A stretch of DNA of 63,533 nucleotides from Chiloscyllium plagiosum (GCF_004010195.1 NC_057756.1:1949703-2013235); one strand, 5' to 3'; shown: positions 13,030 to 26,813, counted from the stretch's first letter. Translations and numbers: made by a program. Notes: a model not told the origin generated them from the sequence alone.

Positions 13030-14404
13030 AATTCTGGATTAGTGGTGCTGAAAAAGTACAGCAGTTCAGGCAGCATCCGAGGAACAGTAAAATCGACGTT
13101 TCTGGCAAAAGCCCTTCATCAGGAATACAAGCAGAGTGTCTGAAGGGTGGAGAGATAAGTGAGAGGAGGATGGGGGTGGGATAGGTGAGTGGGGGAGGGG
13201 ATGAAGGTGATAGGTCAGGGAGGAGGGTGGAGTGGATAGGTGGAAAAGAAGATAGGCAGGTGGAACAAATCATGGGGACAGTGCTGAGCTGGAAGTTTGG
13301 AACTGGGATGAGGTGCGGGAAGGGGGAAATGAGAAAACTGTTGAAGTCCACATTGATGCCCTGGGGTTGAAGTGTTCCGAGGCGGCATATGAGGCGTTGT
13401 TCCTCCAGGCGTCGGGTGGTGAGGGAGCGGCGGGGAAGGAGGCTCAGGACTCCCACTCCGCGACAGACTGGAAGAGGGAGTTGAAATGTTGGGACACAGG
13501 GCGGTGTGGTTGATTGGTGTGGGTGTCCAAAATATGTTCCCTAAAGCGCTCTGATAGTAAGCGTACAGCCTCCCCAATGTAGAGGAGACCCATGACTACC
13601 TGGTCCATGCCTCCCTACAACATACCCTCCTGTCCTGGCACCTTCCTCTGCCACCGCAGGAATTGCAAAACCTGCGCCAAAACCTCCTCCCACACCTCCA
13701 TCCAAGGTATTAAAGGAGCGTTACACATCCATCAAAGCTTTACCTGCACATCCACCAATATCATTTATTTTACCCGTTGCTCCCGTTGCGGTCTCCTCTA
13801 CATTGGGGAGACTGCACGTTCCCTGGCAGAGCGCTTTAGGGAACATCTCTGGGACAGCCGCACCAATCAACCACATGCCCTGTTGCCCAACATTTCAACT
13901 CCCCCTCCCAATCTGCCGAGGACATGGAGGTCGTGGGCCTCCTTCACCACCGCTCCCTCACCACAAGACGCCTGGAGGAAGAACGCCTCATCTTCTGCCT
14001 CGGAACACTTCAATCCCAGGGCATCAATGTGGACTTCAATAGTTTCCTCATTTCTCCTTCCCCCACCTCACCCCAGTTCCAAACTTCCAGCTTAACACTG
14101 TCCCCATGACTTGTTCTACCTGCCTATCTTCTTTTACACCTATCCACTCTACACTCCTCCCTGACCTATCTCCTTTATCCTCTCCCCCACTCATCTATTG
14201 TACTCTATGCTACTTTCTCCCCACTCCCACCCTCCACTCATTTATCTATCCACCCTTCAGGCACTCTGCCTGTATGCCTGATGAAGGGCTGTTCCCAAAA
14301 CGTCGATTTTATTGCACCTCCGATGCTGCCTGAACTGCTGTGCTTTTCCAGCACCACTAATCCATAATCTGGTTTCCAGCATCTGCAGTCATTGTTTTTA
14401 CCTA
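13030..14404 (+). mobile_element. Relatively young Penelope-like element: GIY-YIG 3' part with an inverted upstream copy
   Basis: CTSTNIIYFTRCSRCGLLYIGETARSLAERFREH; arms about 13032-13590 and 13795-14365 are inverted; flanked by gttttcct at 13022-13029 and 14405-14412. Confidence 0.9.
13095..13122 (-). ncRNA. Minimal hammerhead ribozyme motif in Penelope terminal repeat
   Basis: CTGATGA-agggc tttt gcca-GAAAC-GTC on minus; the plus-strand partner at 14278-14304 has GAAA>AAAA. Confidence 0.6.
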
Positions 14405-15127
14405 GTTTTCCTCAGTCCGTCTAAGCACCCTATGATCTATGTACTCTTATTTCCGATGACTGCTCTGCTGGCAAAACAGAACCTTTCACTATTCTTAGTA
14501 GCTATGACAGTAAATCAATCAATGAATGACTTTATCTGCAAAGTGAAAAGTGAGGTTTTTTTAGTGTCCACTAACACTTCTTCAAAGCAGAGCTGTCTTT
14601 TGAAGTTGGATCACTGGACCTGAAACGTGAACTCTGCTGTCACACCAGAAATACTGCGAAACCTGCTGACCTTTTCAAACAATTGCTGTTCTTGTTGGTT
14701 ATCAAGATATAGTTTCGGGCACATAGAATGCAGCAATTGCAAAACTTTACCCAGTGCCATTTCTGTAGGTATTGTGATCTAATTGTGTTCCTCCCTCCCT
14801 TCCAATTAATGATTTCACGCCCCCTTCAGTGTTCATTCTTAAAGTGTTTCCATTTATTAATTTATTATTTTAATGGATTATACACAAACCTTAAATCGAG
14901 TTCATCCATAATGATGGATCTGCCATTCCATTATGTCTTCCTGGAAAATACCTATTCTCCCTCTTGTGAAATGTTGCTTTATTACTTTCTGCACTGTCTC
15001 AACGAAACAATCATTTAATCTAATGTGTCAGTCGATGGTAACCAATTTTGTGTTATGCTCTTGCTTTGTTGCGTTTTCAAATCCAAAATATTTTCTTCTC
15101 ATTACACTTGAGTTTAAAAAATGTAGC

Positions 15128-15163
15128 TTTCGAAGATCTGCTGAATTTCCTTGTCCTGTACTT
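15128..15163 (-). pseudogene. 36-nt exon relic, EVQ DKE IQQ IFE
   Basis: gttgtatag acceptor; donor position gctaca (GT>GC). Confidence 0.35.
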
Positions 15164-15366
15164 CTATACAACTATTATTTCTTAAAATATGAGTGTCTAA
15201 TGATTCAGCATGGTTTATAAAATGGTTATGAACTGTATCACCGAGGTTCTTCGACTGGAAACTTGATGTGAGGATTTTCATCCTGAATTTGAGGATATAC
15301 TTCAAATCTATCTATATTATTCACAATGTTCGTGTATCGTGCGAACCATTTCAAATGTATTCTTAC

Positions 15367-15393
15367 CAAATGAATTTCAATAATGTCCCTTGA
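15367..15393 (-). pseudogene. 27-nt exon relic with intact AG/GTAAGA but phase-1 TGA
   Basis: catttcgttag|TCAAGGGACATTATTGAAATTCATTTG|gtaaga. Confidence 0.4.
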
Positions 15394-15529
15394 CTAACGA
15401 AATGCTTGTCATTTGATTCAATGCTGCCATTGAGAAGGAAACCTTTGGCTTTTCTGCATTTGCAAATACCTCTAATTCAACCACCAAGATTTAAATTCCA
15501 AATTTACAGAAGAAATGACTCATATTTAC

Positions 15530-15565
15530 CTGTCTCTGCAAGCTTTCGTTTCAGTATTTCAATCT
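15530..15565 (-). CDS. 36-nt phase-1 micro-exon, (E)IEILKRKLAET
   Basis: attgctttcaag|AGATTGAAATACTGAAACGAAAGCTTGCAGAGACAG|gtaaat. Confidence 0.65.
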
Positions 15566-18092
15566 CTTGAAAGCAATTTTTAAAAAAGTTTCAACGAAGA
15601 TGAACAAAGTATCACTACCAAGTGTAACAGGATTGTATCTGTACACAATTGTTGTAGGATGAATCATGCTTCTTCTAAGTTGTGTTATTCTGTGAAATTG
15701 TTACAATTGTAATGATTGACACATGGTTGTTGGAAGGCTTCTCACAATATTGATGGCGTCGGAACGCGATGGCATATTCTATACATTAGAAAATAAAATA
15801 TACAAATACACACATATAATGCATCTGCTGGTAAAATGCATGTTGATCTAAATTTCAGAGTGGGTGAATACCACTAGTTGCGAGGAGTCGATCTTTAAGC
15901 ATGAAGCGAGCTGCAGCAGATGGAAAATTGTTTTGTCATAGAGTCATGGATTGATGCAGTGCAGAAACAGGCTATTTAGTCCAAAATGATCAATGCCAAA
16001 GAAATTTTTTAAATGAAATTATTCTGATTTGCCTGCGTTTGATACAAACCGAAACTTTTGATATGTGTAATGCTGGTTACAGTGAATAAGATTGGAGGAA
16101 GAGGAGAATTGAATATTTCATATTCTAAAGTAAAGATGTGTTTGGGATGGTAACAATGTTTCAAAGTGCTGCTGAAAACAATTGTGAGAAAGACAGAAGC
16201 AAGCATCACCATGCAATTTTCTGATTTCTTCGTGACAGGGGATGTAGTCAGATACAATGACTTGTTCAACAGCTCTCAATGGTGAAAAATTTAATTGATA
16301 CAGTCAGGCCAACAGCGAAAAGCTGTTCAATAAGTCGGTAAGGCAGACGGTAAGGCAGATAATTTTGGAGAATCAGCAACCACGATAATTTCTGAATGTA
16401 ATCTCAGTAAGCAAGTCAGAAGATTCTTCTAGTATGTTTCAAATGCAACTTGAGCACTATGTCAGCTTCCTAATTTACGGAAACTTGTAAACATTCATTC
16501 ACAACATGTATAAACAAATATAAAAAAAAATCAAATGGGGTAAACCCAAAATTGTAACTGTAGAAAAGTTGCAGCGTAAGGATCGTAGAACCGGGCTAAA
16601 ATTTCAAAAATTGTACAGTTTTTTTTCAGGAGGCTGGATAATCTGATATCCCTAAAAAGCAAAAAAAAAAGACGCATTTGTGCAATAATTGATATCCCTG
16701 GAATAAATAAAATAGTGGCAGTTTGGCACTTTGAACATTGTTGATGAAAAATAATTTTAGGGCAATTGTATATATAAACATTGATGGAAACAGCATACAC
16801 ATTAAATTCCGCATGTCCATTGTGTATAGCATTTCTTCTGCACTGAAGCATAGAAGAAAACACATTTTATATTTCGTTGCCTTCTTGGCCGTGTCAAGGC
16901 TGTGCTCCATAACAGGGTGAATTCTCGCCCGGCAAGGTGTAGTGCATTGAACAATACGAGCAAGTTTGCATTGAGTTTACAGCTATCAATGTTCACCAAG
17001 TATAATGCTCACTGCATGATTTCAATTTGTTTACATTTTTGCCAAACTAATCTCACCGCCAGTTTCACACGTTATAACTCTATGAAGCAATAGTCGTTTC
17101 AGTGCTTTACATTCTTTGCTAAAATTAGGCTCAATATTTATGCAATTCAACGTATTTACTCTCCACCCACTGTGGACCATATTTTCCAATTATTGAAATT
17201 TTATTATAACTCATGTTGATTTTCACCCCAGCCTGATATTTTGATACTTAATGAAACTCATTATGTCCTTCTCAGATTAGCGTGTTATCCTTTCACCGCA
17301 TTTTCCACCTGGATTTGCAATTGAGTAAGTTTTGTAGAAGCTTACTGAAAATGTTTTGTATTAAACAATCAGTATTTTGCTTCCGGTGATTGAAACACAT
17401 CTAAAACTGACAAGTGTCGGGAGTCTGATAAATTTCCATATGGCTGTTCTATATACATGACATAGAGTAGTTAAATGAATAGTATGGGGCTGTTGGCTTC
17501 GGAAATGCATTTGTTTGCCACAAAAGCAAGAGAGAATGCCATCCTCTGAAATGCAACGTTTCAGTCATCAATGTATTCAAATTTGTTCACTCCACGCAGG
17601 AAAGAAATGACAAAAACTCTGAGCTGATAGCAGTAAGCGACAAGATTCAGTCTAGTTAGCTTAACACAAATAAGTTTAAAGAGATAAAATTTAAAAAAAA
17701 TCATGAAAATATTTTGGTTCATCCAAAAACTGGCAAATAATAAAACGGTGATAAAGATAGATTAATTGGTTTGAGTTTGAAGCAAAGCATTGGATCGATT
17801 ATGGCATTTTTAGCAGCAGTTACAGAGGTTTTTAAAGGAAATGTTCCATCAACTCACAAGTAATGAGGAACTGCAGCTCATTCCCTATCCTGATACTGTT
17901 AAGTCAGAGCTTTAATTGTTTTAAAAAAAGTACAAAGTGGCTAGCTGCACGTAGAAATAAGCTGTCTGCATTCATATTTTGAATGGAAAACTTGAAATTT
18001 TCTTGCTGAACTTGTGAAATGTCAACATGAATTACATATGCCTTGGCGATTCTATACTCCCGTGCGCAAATGGAATAAAATAATGAACATAC

Positions 18093-18119
18093 CTATTTCC
18101 TTTGCCAGTATTGACTTCG
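18093..18119 (-). CDS. 27-nt phase-1 micro-exon, (A)KSILAKEI
   Basis: aatgtttacag|CGAAGTCAATACTGGCAAAGGAAATAG|gtatgt. Confidence 0.7.
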   Translation of the reverse strand, partial: RSQYWQRK

Positions 18120-18932
18120 CTGTAAACATTTTTAAATAACTTTTATAACATTTGTATAAATGATTTCTTCCTGATTACCTTAACAAGTTAAAAAATTATT
18201 TGCATAAGATAAGGCAATTGAGTAATTAAGAAGAACAATTATGCTCATATAAATATCTGATCTGCGCTCTAAATCTCTACCATTATGATATGTCGACAGA
18301 CTAATCTTCTTTGCAACTCATCTGGCATGATGAGTAAGAAAAAATTCTGCGAAATAATTCTCTAAGGCTACATCGATACCATATTCAAAGCATGCGGAAA
18401 GTCATTATGTTACTGCAAAGGAACATTTGGATAAAGCATGCATTCTATAATATTTGAACTATTTCATGCTTAATTTGCAAGTAAGTACAGAAAATTGCAG
18501 CTGTGACTTTCCTTCGAGGAAATCTGTTCAAAAATCATCGGGATGATTTTATTTGGCATTGAGTTTGTTTCAAAGAAAAGTTTATATCTAATCTCAACTC
18601 AAGCTTTTCTATGATCAAAGTTCAAACCATACGGAAAGCAGAAATTGAAAAAAAGAATGTTCGTAGCCAAAAAAACGAAGGGATGTATAAACTCATCGAA
18701 TGAGTCACGATTATTATGGGTTCACTTATCCTGAAATAGAATACTCAGTCGAACGTTCATGAGGTGAAAATGTAATTTAATAAATTTTGAATCAGTAAAA
18801 CAAATGAAATATTACTTTTGTTAAAGAAGTAAAATAAGAAGCATGGATATGACAATGTATTGGCTTATTGCAAACCAGGTTGAAGATGAATTAGGAATAT
18901 ACTCATCATAGGAAATGAACTGAAACATTCAC

Positions 18933-18968
18933 CTGTCAATCCGACCGAAATATCCAGAAAGCTCATGA
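18933..18968 (-). CDS. 36-nt phase-1 micro-exon, (V)MSFLDISVGLT
   Basis: tcttactcagttcag|TCATGAGCTTTCTGGATATTTCGGTCGGATTGACAG|gtgaat. Confidence 0.55.
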
Positions 18969-19941
18969 CTGAACTGAGTAAGATACACATTGCACTTTGT
19001 ATCTGTTACATATGAGGTGGTCTGTGCCATGAGTTAATAATCAGTGAAATTAGGTTTTATACGTTGCATTCATAATTCTTTCGCAGTTCTGTGTACAAGG
19101 GAAGTCCCATACTAAATTTCAATTTACAAAATATTTTTCTGTATGCAGTCGTGGAATCTGGGCTTAATTGGCTGTACCAGGATATATCTTCATTCTATTT
19201 CACCATGAGTGTGGCAGCAAGTTGCCTTCTGCAGTATTGAAAAAGAGGTAATGCTGCTAAGATTGGTTTTTCATGATTTCGCTTGAGCAGCATCATAGAA
19301 AACGACATTCTGCTTACTTGCTCATTGCACGTCTTGCAGAGTAACTTGCAAATTGTGTCAATGTCCTGCAAGATGGAAGTGGTTAAGATTTTTGGAATTT
19401 TATGCCTGTAGCATGTGATAGTTGCACTCTGCGGCTGTTGTGCATCTATGTTGGATAAAGTGACTATTCATGCTATAGCAATAAGGTAGTTGCTTCAGAT
19501 CTCTGAGATTGATCAACAGCTGAATTTGAATTAACGTCCTCCATAGCATCATTCCTACTGAGAGTGGTGTTTATGATTAGATATATTGCAAATGTCTTCA
19601 CTACAAGAACCGCTAATGTATTTTGATTTTGTGTATTTTTGGAAGTACGATAGAATGTCTCTTTAACAGTCCTATCACGTAACACGATAAAGACATCATT
19701 ATTTTTTTCTGCCTGCCAATATAACAGCTATATAAGGAAGTGTCTGCTTTTTCAGTTTTCGCTCTTATACCCCTTCTTAGAATTGAAAATAAGTGTATTA
19801 TTTTTTTCTCTGATGCGACAAAAAAAGGGTTAAACTTGAGTAAAACCGAATGTGAGTGATACTCAATGTGTCCGGTGGCATAAAACAGAAATTACTTGAT
19901 TTGAAATCACAGCAGGTCTATCAGCACCTTTCGGACAAACA

Positions 19942-19968
19942 CAGAGTGTTTTGGATCCAGTGAATCTT
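19942..19968 (-). pseudogene. Decayed 27-nt exon relic, EDS LDP KHS
   Basis: Acceptor cctctttctgcag intact; GT is one base off register. Confidence 0.4.
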
Positions 19969-20190
19969 CTGCAGAAAGAGGAAGGAATAAGCAACAGGAT
20001 GGAATAGAGTCCAAAGAGAGAGAAAGCTACATGTGTCCAGACAAAAGCATAGGCAAGGTCAGCGAGATATTCCTGTTTGCTTCTCCCCATGACGAGTGCC
20101 ACATTCAATTATTAAGAAGGCACAATTTAAGTAAAACATTATATATCTGAATTATTCTTAAGAAGAAATGTTAAAAAATGCAATTCCTAC

Positions 20191-20217
20191 CTGACGCATG
20201 AAGAAGAGCATCAAGTT
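20191..20217 (-). CDS. 27-nt phase-1 micro-exon, (E)LDALLHAS
   Basis: gttatccttttaag|AACTTGATGCTCTTCTTCATGCGTCAG|gtagga. Confidence 0.65.
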
Positions 20218-20449
20218 CTTAAAAGGATAACGAAGTAAATGCAAGGCAAACGAAATAATGCATAGATAACAATCACAAAATCCGTCAAGAGCGTTCTGGG
20301 TTTATAATATTCAATAGACATTACGTGAGGAGTTTACTTTTTTGTTCAAATAGAGCAGTCACTGTTTATCTCTCGGCTAAAGTAAAACAACTTTTAACAT
20401 AAATATAGTAGACATGTGGATACTACACCTCTGCGACATAAATTCAGAA

Positions 20450-20780
20450 AATGGTGGCACACTTGCTCACTGTCTAGCATGACAGCTTCAGAGAGGCATG
20501 GGCTCGGGTTCGATTCTAGTCACGGATGATGTCTGTGTGAAACTTGCACATTCTCCACAGGTGTGCACGGGTTACCTTTCAGTGGTCCAGTTTCTTCCCA
20601 CAGTCCAACAGTGCCTAGGAAACGTGGACTGGCCTGCTAAAATGTTCATACTGACAAGTGATGTCCAGGTTATGGAGATTCACAATGGGAAATGTAGCGT
20701 ACGGGAATGGGTCTGGGTGGCTTTCGGAGGGTTGATGTAGCCTAATGGCCTGAATTCACACTGTAGGAGTTCTATGATCG
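20450..20780 (+). mobile_element. Old degenerate HE1/V-SINE
   Basis: Colinear similarity to 39592-39915. Confidence 0.75.
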
Positions 20781-21129
20781 ACCTGTTTCCTTCTCGTTAG
20801 TGGTTTCCTGCTGCTTAGTAGATTGAAAGAGAATGCTGAACTAACATAAGTGGAAGAACTCAGTAAAGCAATTCATTGAGTGAAACAGAAGCAGCACAAC
20901 ACAGGAGAGTAGAAAGCAAAGGGAGACTCTCACAGTAAGATTATGGGCACAGCAGGAACTCGAGGACGTAGAGCAGGAACGATTGGCAGAACCATGGAGA
21001 TCCACGTCACATTTTCTACTCTAAATTATGGTGCTATGTGAAAACTCTTTGTATGTCACGGATTCTGTTGCATCTTTCTTGAGAGAAGTTCGCTTAACCC
21101 CAAATATCTGCTGACATGTCTTATTAAAG

Positions 21130-21605
21130 GGTTCTGAAAAGACATACAAGGATATTGCCAGAATTGGAGGATTTGAGCTATAGGGCTAGCCTGAACTGGC
21201 TCGGACTGTTTTCCCTGGAATGTCGGAGGCAGAGGGGTGACCTTATAGAGGTTTGCAAAATTATGTGGGGCACGGATAGGGTAGGTAGTTAAGGTATTTT
21301 CTCTGGGGTCGTGAAGTCCAGAACTAGATGGCATAGGTTTAGGGTGAGAGGGGAAAGATATAAAAGAGACGTACGGGGCAACTTTTTCACGCAGAGGGTG
21401 GTACGTGTATGGAATGAACTTTCAGAGGAAGTGGTGCAGGCTGGTTCAATTGCAACATTTAAGAGGCATTTGAATATGTATATGAATAGGAAGGGTTTGG
21501 AGGGATGGCAGGTGGGACTAGACTGGGTTGGGATATGTGGTTGGCATGGAAGGATTGGACCAAAGGGTCTGTTTCATGCTGTAAATCTGTACGATTCTAT
21601 GATTC
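21130..21605 (+). mobile_element. CR1-type LINE 3' end
   Basis: GLFSLECRRQRGDLIEVCKIM and GNFFTQRVVRVWNELSEEVV motifs, with (ATTCTATG)-like tail. Confidence 0.9.
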
Positions 21606-21719
21606 TAAATGTACACAGTTTGCTCATTATGTCCTGTTTAATTCACTTGAACGAGAATATAGCCAAACACCATTTTGGACAGAGCGGAAACAATGAATGC
21701 CGAGGCATGTGTATGTCCA

Positions 21720-23330
21720 GTTATAGTGTTATTGAAATGTACAGCGTGGAAATAGATCATTCGATCCATTTTATCGAATATTAATCTAGTCCCTTTTGCC
21801 AATGTTTGGCAATAACCTTCCAAATACTTCCTATTCATGAATGCATCCAGATGTCTCTTAAATGCTGTAATTGCACCAGCCTTCGCCACTTCCCCTGCAG
21901 TGCATTTCATACAAGAAACGCTGTCCTATTAGATTCCTTGTAAATTTTCCCTCTCTCACTTTAAATCTTTGTTTTCTGGTTTTGGACTCTGCAACACTTG
22001 AGGAATATGTTTTTTTCCATCTACCGTGCTGATGCCCCACATGATTTTGTGAACTTCTATAAGATTAACCATTCACCTACAAAGGTGCAGGAAAATAACC
22101 TGATCCAATTCAGTCTTTGCTAATAGATCAAATTCTTTAATCCTGGCAGCATCCTTGCAACTCTTTTCATAACCGTTTCAAGTTTCATAACTAAAGCAGG
22201 GACCAGAATTGAAAGCAATATTACAAAAATGGTCTCACCAACGAGTTTCACAGTGGCAGGATGACCTCCCAAATACTAAACTAAATGTACTGATCAATAA
22301 TGGCAAGCATACGTATCCTGTATACTTGCCAATCTACTTTAAAGCAACAATAAAACTCCACTTCACCGCACCTTACCATGTTGTGTGTAAGTCCTGCCCT
22401 CATTTACGTTTCAAAGATGCAGTATCTCACATTTATGTCAACTAAATTAAACGTGCATCTCCTCGCTCCATCAACGGGTCTGAATATAGTGCCATTGTGC
22501 TCGAACGTAATATTCATGCCTTTATACGACAGCACTAAATTTGATGTCGCCATAAACTTAATAAACATACTTCCGTGGTCTCATCCAAATCATTTATATA
22601 AGTGACAGAAAGGAGTTGAGTCAGCACCAATCTTGTGGCATGCTGCTGGTCACAGTCCAACAATCTATAAAGCATTCCTCCACCACCACCTTCCGTTTCT
22701 GTCCGTTGGGCCATTTCAATATCTAAATCACTACAGAACCTTCAACTTCGATGTTGCACCGACCAGTGAAACCAATATGAAGCCCAACGAACCTACACAA
22801 TTCCACTTTCGTGAATATGATGATCCAACGAACATTTAAATGCCTTTAAATGTGGCATGTTCAATACGATTGCAGGTCGGCCATTCCACGCTACTCCTAC
22901 TCTCTGAGTAGAGAACCCACCTCCGACATCTGTCCTATATCTCTGACCCCTCAATTTAAACGATGCCTGTTCATGCTAGCCATCACCTCACTGTCCACCC
23001 AATCTAACCCTCTGATTATCATTCTGGCTCAATTTATTCATCTCTCAAACTTCTTCTCTCCAACAAAGACAGCCTCAAGTCCTCCGCCTTTCCCGGTAAG
23101 ACCTCCTTCCATACCAGTCAACCTCCTAGTAAATCTCCTCTGATACCTTTCCAGAGCTGCCACCTCCTTCCTACCGGGCGTGACTAGTACTGAATGCAAT
23201 GCTTCAAGAGCAGTTGCACCAGACGTTTGTGCAAATGCAGTATAATCTCATGGTTCTGAAACTCAATCCCTCTACTAAACGAAAATAGTACCCCAATGCC
23301 GATTCAACCAAGGTGGCAACTTCCAATGTT
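21720..23330 (-). mobile_element. Two degenerate CR1-type LINE fragments
   Basis: Minus-strand AGAITAFKRHLDAFMNRK and related CR1 3' motifs. Confidence 0.8.
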
Positions 23331-23608
23331 TCTTAATTATCAAGTTTTATTTTGTGACATGAATTCAGCTATTTCAGAGTTGCAGATATAAAGTGAATGA
23401 TAAGAGATTGTTTGGTGAGTCTAGCGAAAGTTAAGCCATCCAAATGAAAAATATAATGTTTTATTTGAGACTGTAAAATTATGTCAGGACAGAGGAATAT
23501 GCACTGAGATTATTGTGCAAGTGTCTTGATCTGAAATGGAACAATGTGAATTAAATGGCAAGGGAGTAAATGCAATACAACAATAATTATTTAGTTTTAC
23601 TTAGTAAT

Positions 23609-23662
23609 TTCTAGCTCGAGGTTGATATTTTCCGACGAGCTTGGAAGCAAACCTCCTCGAGT
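23609..23662 (-). pseudogene. Decayed 54-nt exon relic, DSR RFA SKL VGK YQP RAR
   Basis: Strong acceptor tttattctatcctttccccgtag; donor position attact. Confidence 0.45.
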
Positions 23663-24121
23663 CTACGGGGAAAGGATAGAATAAAGGGTTTGGGAGTGGT
23701 TTTGTTTGTTTTCTCTGGAAAGATACAATTACTTTCATCCCGTAATCTCCCTTTTTTTCTATCATTCTAATGGATGACTATGTCTGTGCTGAACAAATTA
23801 AAAACTAACACAATTCCGTGTGCAATGTTCTGCAAAGCTGCCAACCACATTTAAAAAGTTCGACTTGTCCATTTGGAGACAAAACACAACAAACAAAAAT
23901 CAAGTTCTAATACTGGAACAGTACACTTTCGTCCTTAACAAGACAAAAAACGAGACCGTGCTTGTGACAGTGTGTGAGGATTTGACATTTGATTATATTA
24001 ACAATGCTACGTTCCTGAATGTGGAGTGAATTAGTTTATCCTCGGTCTTGAGTAACGACTCAGCATTCACATAATTAGTTTATGTACGTTCTCCCACTCT
24101 ACTTCACTTGGAGTCTCTGAT

Positions 24122-24175
24122 AGCCAGAACGAACCAACGCCTTCGCTTCACAACAGATGTCATAATCGCTTGGCT
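24122..24175 (-). pseudogene. Decayed 54-nt exon relic, EPS DYD ICC EAK ALV RSG
   Basis: Acceptor aattcttctcag intact; donor position atcaga; 5 of 6 triplet-start codons one step from GGN. Confidence 0.4.
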
Positions 24176-24664
24176 CTGAGAAGAATTGCTTTGCTCTGAT
24201 GGAAGGAGCATAGCAAACTGAACATCAATTGTTATTGTTTTTTTTTCTAAATGGTACAAACATAGATGACCACTGCATTTCTCATTATTGACACAATAAT
24301 TGAACATCATATTAGATGTTGCTAAGTCTTAGAACGAAAGTAACATAATTTTATTTCAAGATTTTGTAATTGTAAGTTAATGAGAACGTTGAGTTCTAAA
24401 TTATATTTGCATGATACACGCGTCGTCATTTGAAGATTTAGAAGTTAAACACGTTTTCTCTTTTTCTGATTCACATGAAGCCAACTGAATTTCTTTCCTA
24501 ACCGCTACTGTTGGATGTTTTCTAATCTGCATCAACTTTCAAACGTATCATCATTTATTTATTTATTGCCTCAGTTCTACCTTCCATCCCACACTCCGTG
24601 CAAAATATGCTCCTCCTTACGAAGCTAAATCACATGATGAAATTTTCGACTTCATGACATTATG

Positions 24665-24800
24665 GAGAAAGTGAGGACTGCAGATGCTAGGAGATCTGAC
24701 TTTGAAAACTGTGGCACTGAAAATACACAGCAGGGCAGGCAGCATCAGAGGAGCAGGAGAGCGGACGCTTCAAGCATAAGCCCTTTATCAAGAATGCATT
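24665..24800 (-). mobile_element. Penelope terminal-repeat fragment
   Basis: Similar to 13032-13125. Confidence 0.7.
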
Positions 24801-24922
24801 CCATGGCAATATGGAATGCACCTCATCGAAAGGTTTTCGGGAGTGTTCTGCTGCAGGACGTGACTTACTTGTACTGTAAGAAAGAAGAGATATTAACGTG
24901 AAGAACAATGGTATGGAATTAC

Positions 24923-24949
24923 CTGATATTAGCTTGGGTGGGGTTTCAC
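24923..24949 (-). CDS. 27-nt phase-1 micro-exon, (G)ETPPKLIS
   Basis: gtttattctccag|GTGAAACCCCACCCAAGCTAATATCAG|gtaatt. Confidence 0.65.
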
Positions 24950-25556
24950 CTGGAGAATAAACTAGGAGTTTAGTATTGATACAGACTACATTTAAATACT
25001 TTTTGAAAGGTACGCATTCTTTTTTTCAGAAACGTAATCTTTTTTTAAAAAGAAGCTAACAAGCGACTAAGAAAACTGAAGCATTATCACCAATCTTACA
25101 GAGGGTAGCATAATGGAAGCATAATGCGAAATGTGCCTGATTATGCAAGGAATTAATGACGCAATGATTTTTCAACATTCATGGGTCAATTTTATTAATC
25201 ATGGCTTCTCTCTTGTTTTGGAACAATGATAATTGATTCTGTTAAGTGTACAGACTTTTCTCATTTAATTAGAACATCGCAGTTAAATGAGTGTAGTACT
25301 CCATTATTGCAAACTTTAGAAATTCTGCTGATTTATGACTGTGAGCTATATCCGAAACACATGCATTTCATATGTTGCAGTCCCTAACATGTGGTCAAAG
25401 AGAAAACTCCATTATTAGTGATATAAATATTAAATATAGCAGTCTGCATTAAAATGAGAGAACATGTTTCGGTGATCAATCTATTACTAAGTCATTCAAG
25501 TCAATCTGTCAACTTCGAGTCCCCGTGAAACAAAAGAAAACAAACGTGTATTAGAC

Positions 25557-25583
25557 CTCCGTTTGTTAAACTTTTATGGTACT
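25557..25583 (-). CDS. 27-nt phase-1 micro-exon, (E)YHKSLTNG (weak splice context)
   Basis: gattactgcag|AGTACCATAAAAGTTTAACAAACGGAG|gtctaa. Confidence 0.4.
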
Positions 25584-26085
25584 CTGCAGTAATCTTTGCA
25601 AAAGCACAATATAACGTTAGTTCTACGGGTAGACAAGCAAAAATTGTTTACTTTTTTGTGAGGACAGGTACAAGGAGCACTTTTTTTATGTGCGAACGCA
25701 ATCCAAACGGCATGGCAAACATGCGATTGAACATAATGCCGTAGCAGATGATTCATGTTGCATGCAAATGCATCCAACAAATGGTTGGAACAATAGTGTG
25801 ATGCCTTTTTCTAGAAGGAAATCAGATGTAACTCTGCGCTAACGATTGAAAACTGAGCATATTGTTATTAATTATGACTCGCCTAATTTTGGTATGATTC
25901 TCCAAATTTTATTTAATGTGCTTGCATTCATATTTTGAGTGAACACAGGAGTGCCGATGTTTTAAAACAATATTAGTTGTAACTAATCTCATGAAGGAAT
26001 TAGAATTCTAAATCGATAACAATATTTGAAACAGTTTGTCATGTGAGTTTAAACAAAAATGTTTTAATGTAGGCTTCTTTCTTAC

Positions 26086-26112
26086 CTTTCTCGAATTTAT
26101 CGAGTCTGTCTT
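26086..26112 (-). CDS. 27-nt phase-1 micro-exon, (Q)DRLDKFEK
   Basis: ttttcaccatcattcag|AAGACAGACTCGATAAATTCGAGAAAG|gtaaga. Confidence 0.7.
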
Positions 26113-26813
26113 CTGAATGATGGTGAAAATACAATTCTGTCAACAAAGTCCAGTTTCAAACCTGGCAAATTTTTACAAGTCATTTTCCTTCACAAGAATT
26201 AAAAAAAAAACTACATATGAATCATTTTTGATGCAGATACTTTTGTGCATTTGTTGATTGGATATTTTTCATTCACAATTAATACGCACTATGAAAATGA
26301 AAGAAAGATTTTTGAGACTGAATGATACAAAGTGTTGGAACATTTTTTTGCAATATAATTAGTAGACGGGAAACAAGAAATGTTTACTTCACCATTGAAG
26401 GAAAACACAAATGAAATTCATAACGATAAAGGCTAAAATAAATAATAGCTTTTTTTTCAAAGTGAGTGTAATCATCGTTATATTTAAAATATCTCGACAG
26501 GCACAACAAAATAAATAAACGTACGCAGAAGATAATCCAGAAATGCCTAGCAGCAATTATTTCAGAACAATTTAAGTTGTATTACGAAAGAAGAACGATG
26601 GGTAAGGTGGAATTTCTTTTGGTTATTGTTGCCCAAGGGTAAAAAAAAAACACAATGTCCAGTAAAGAAGTGAGAGTTCAAAGCGAAACTGCTTTTCAAT
26701 GGCCAGTAACATTAAGTGGTCGAAACAACAACTGGAGAGACGGGAAATGTGAACAAAAAAGCAAGAAACGAAATGCACCAGAATTTAATTCATTAATCAA
26801 TAACATTTCTCAC

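Noticed and set aside
17056..17078. 23-nt AG..GT segment resembling a TRIM-type 23-nt exon
   Set aside because: Stop in phase 1, breaks the 9n rule, and no TRIM domains nearby; at most a decayed relic.
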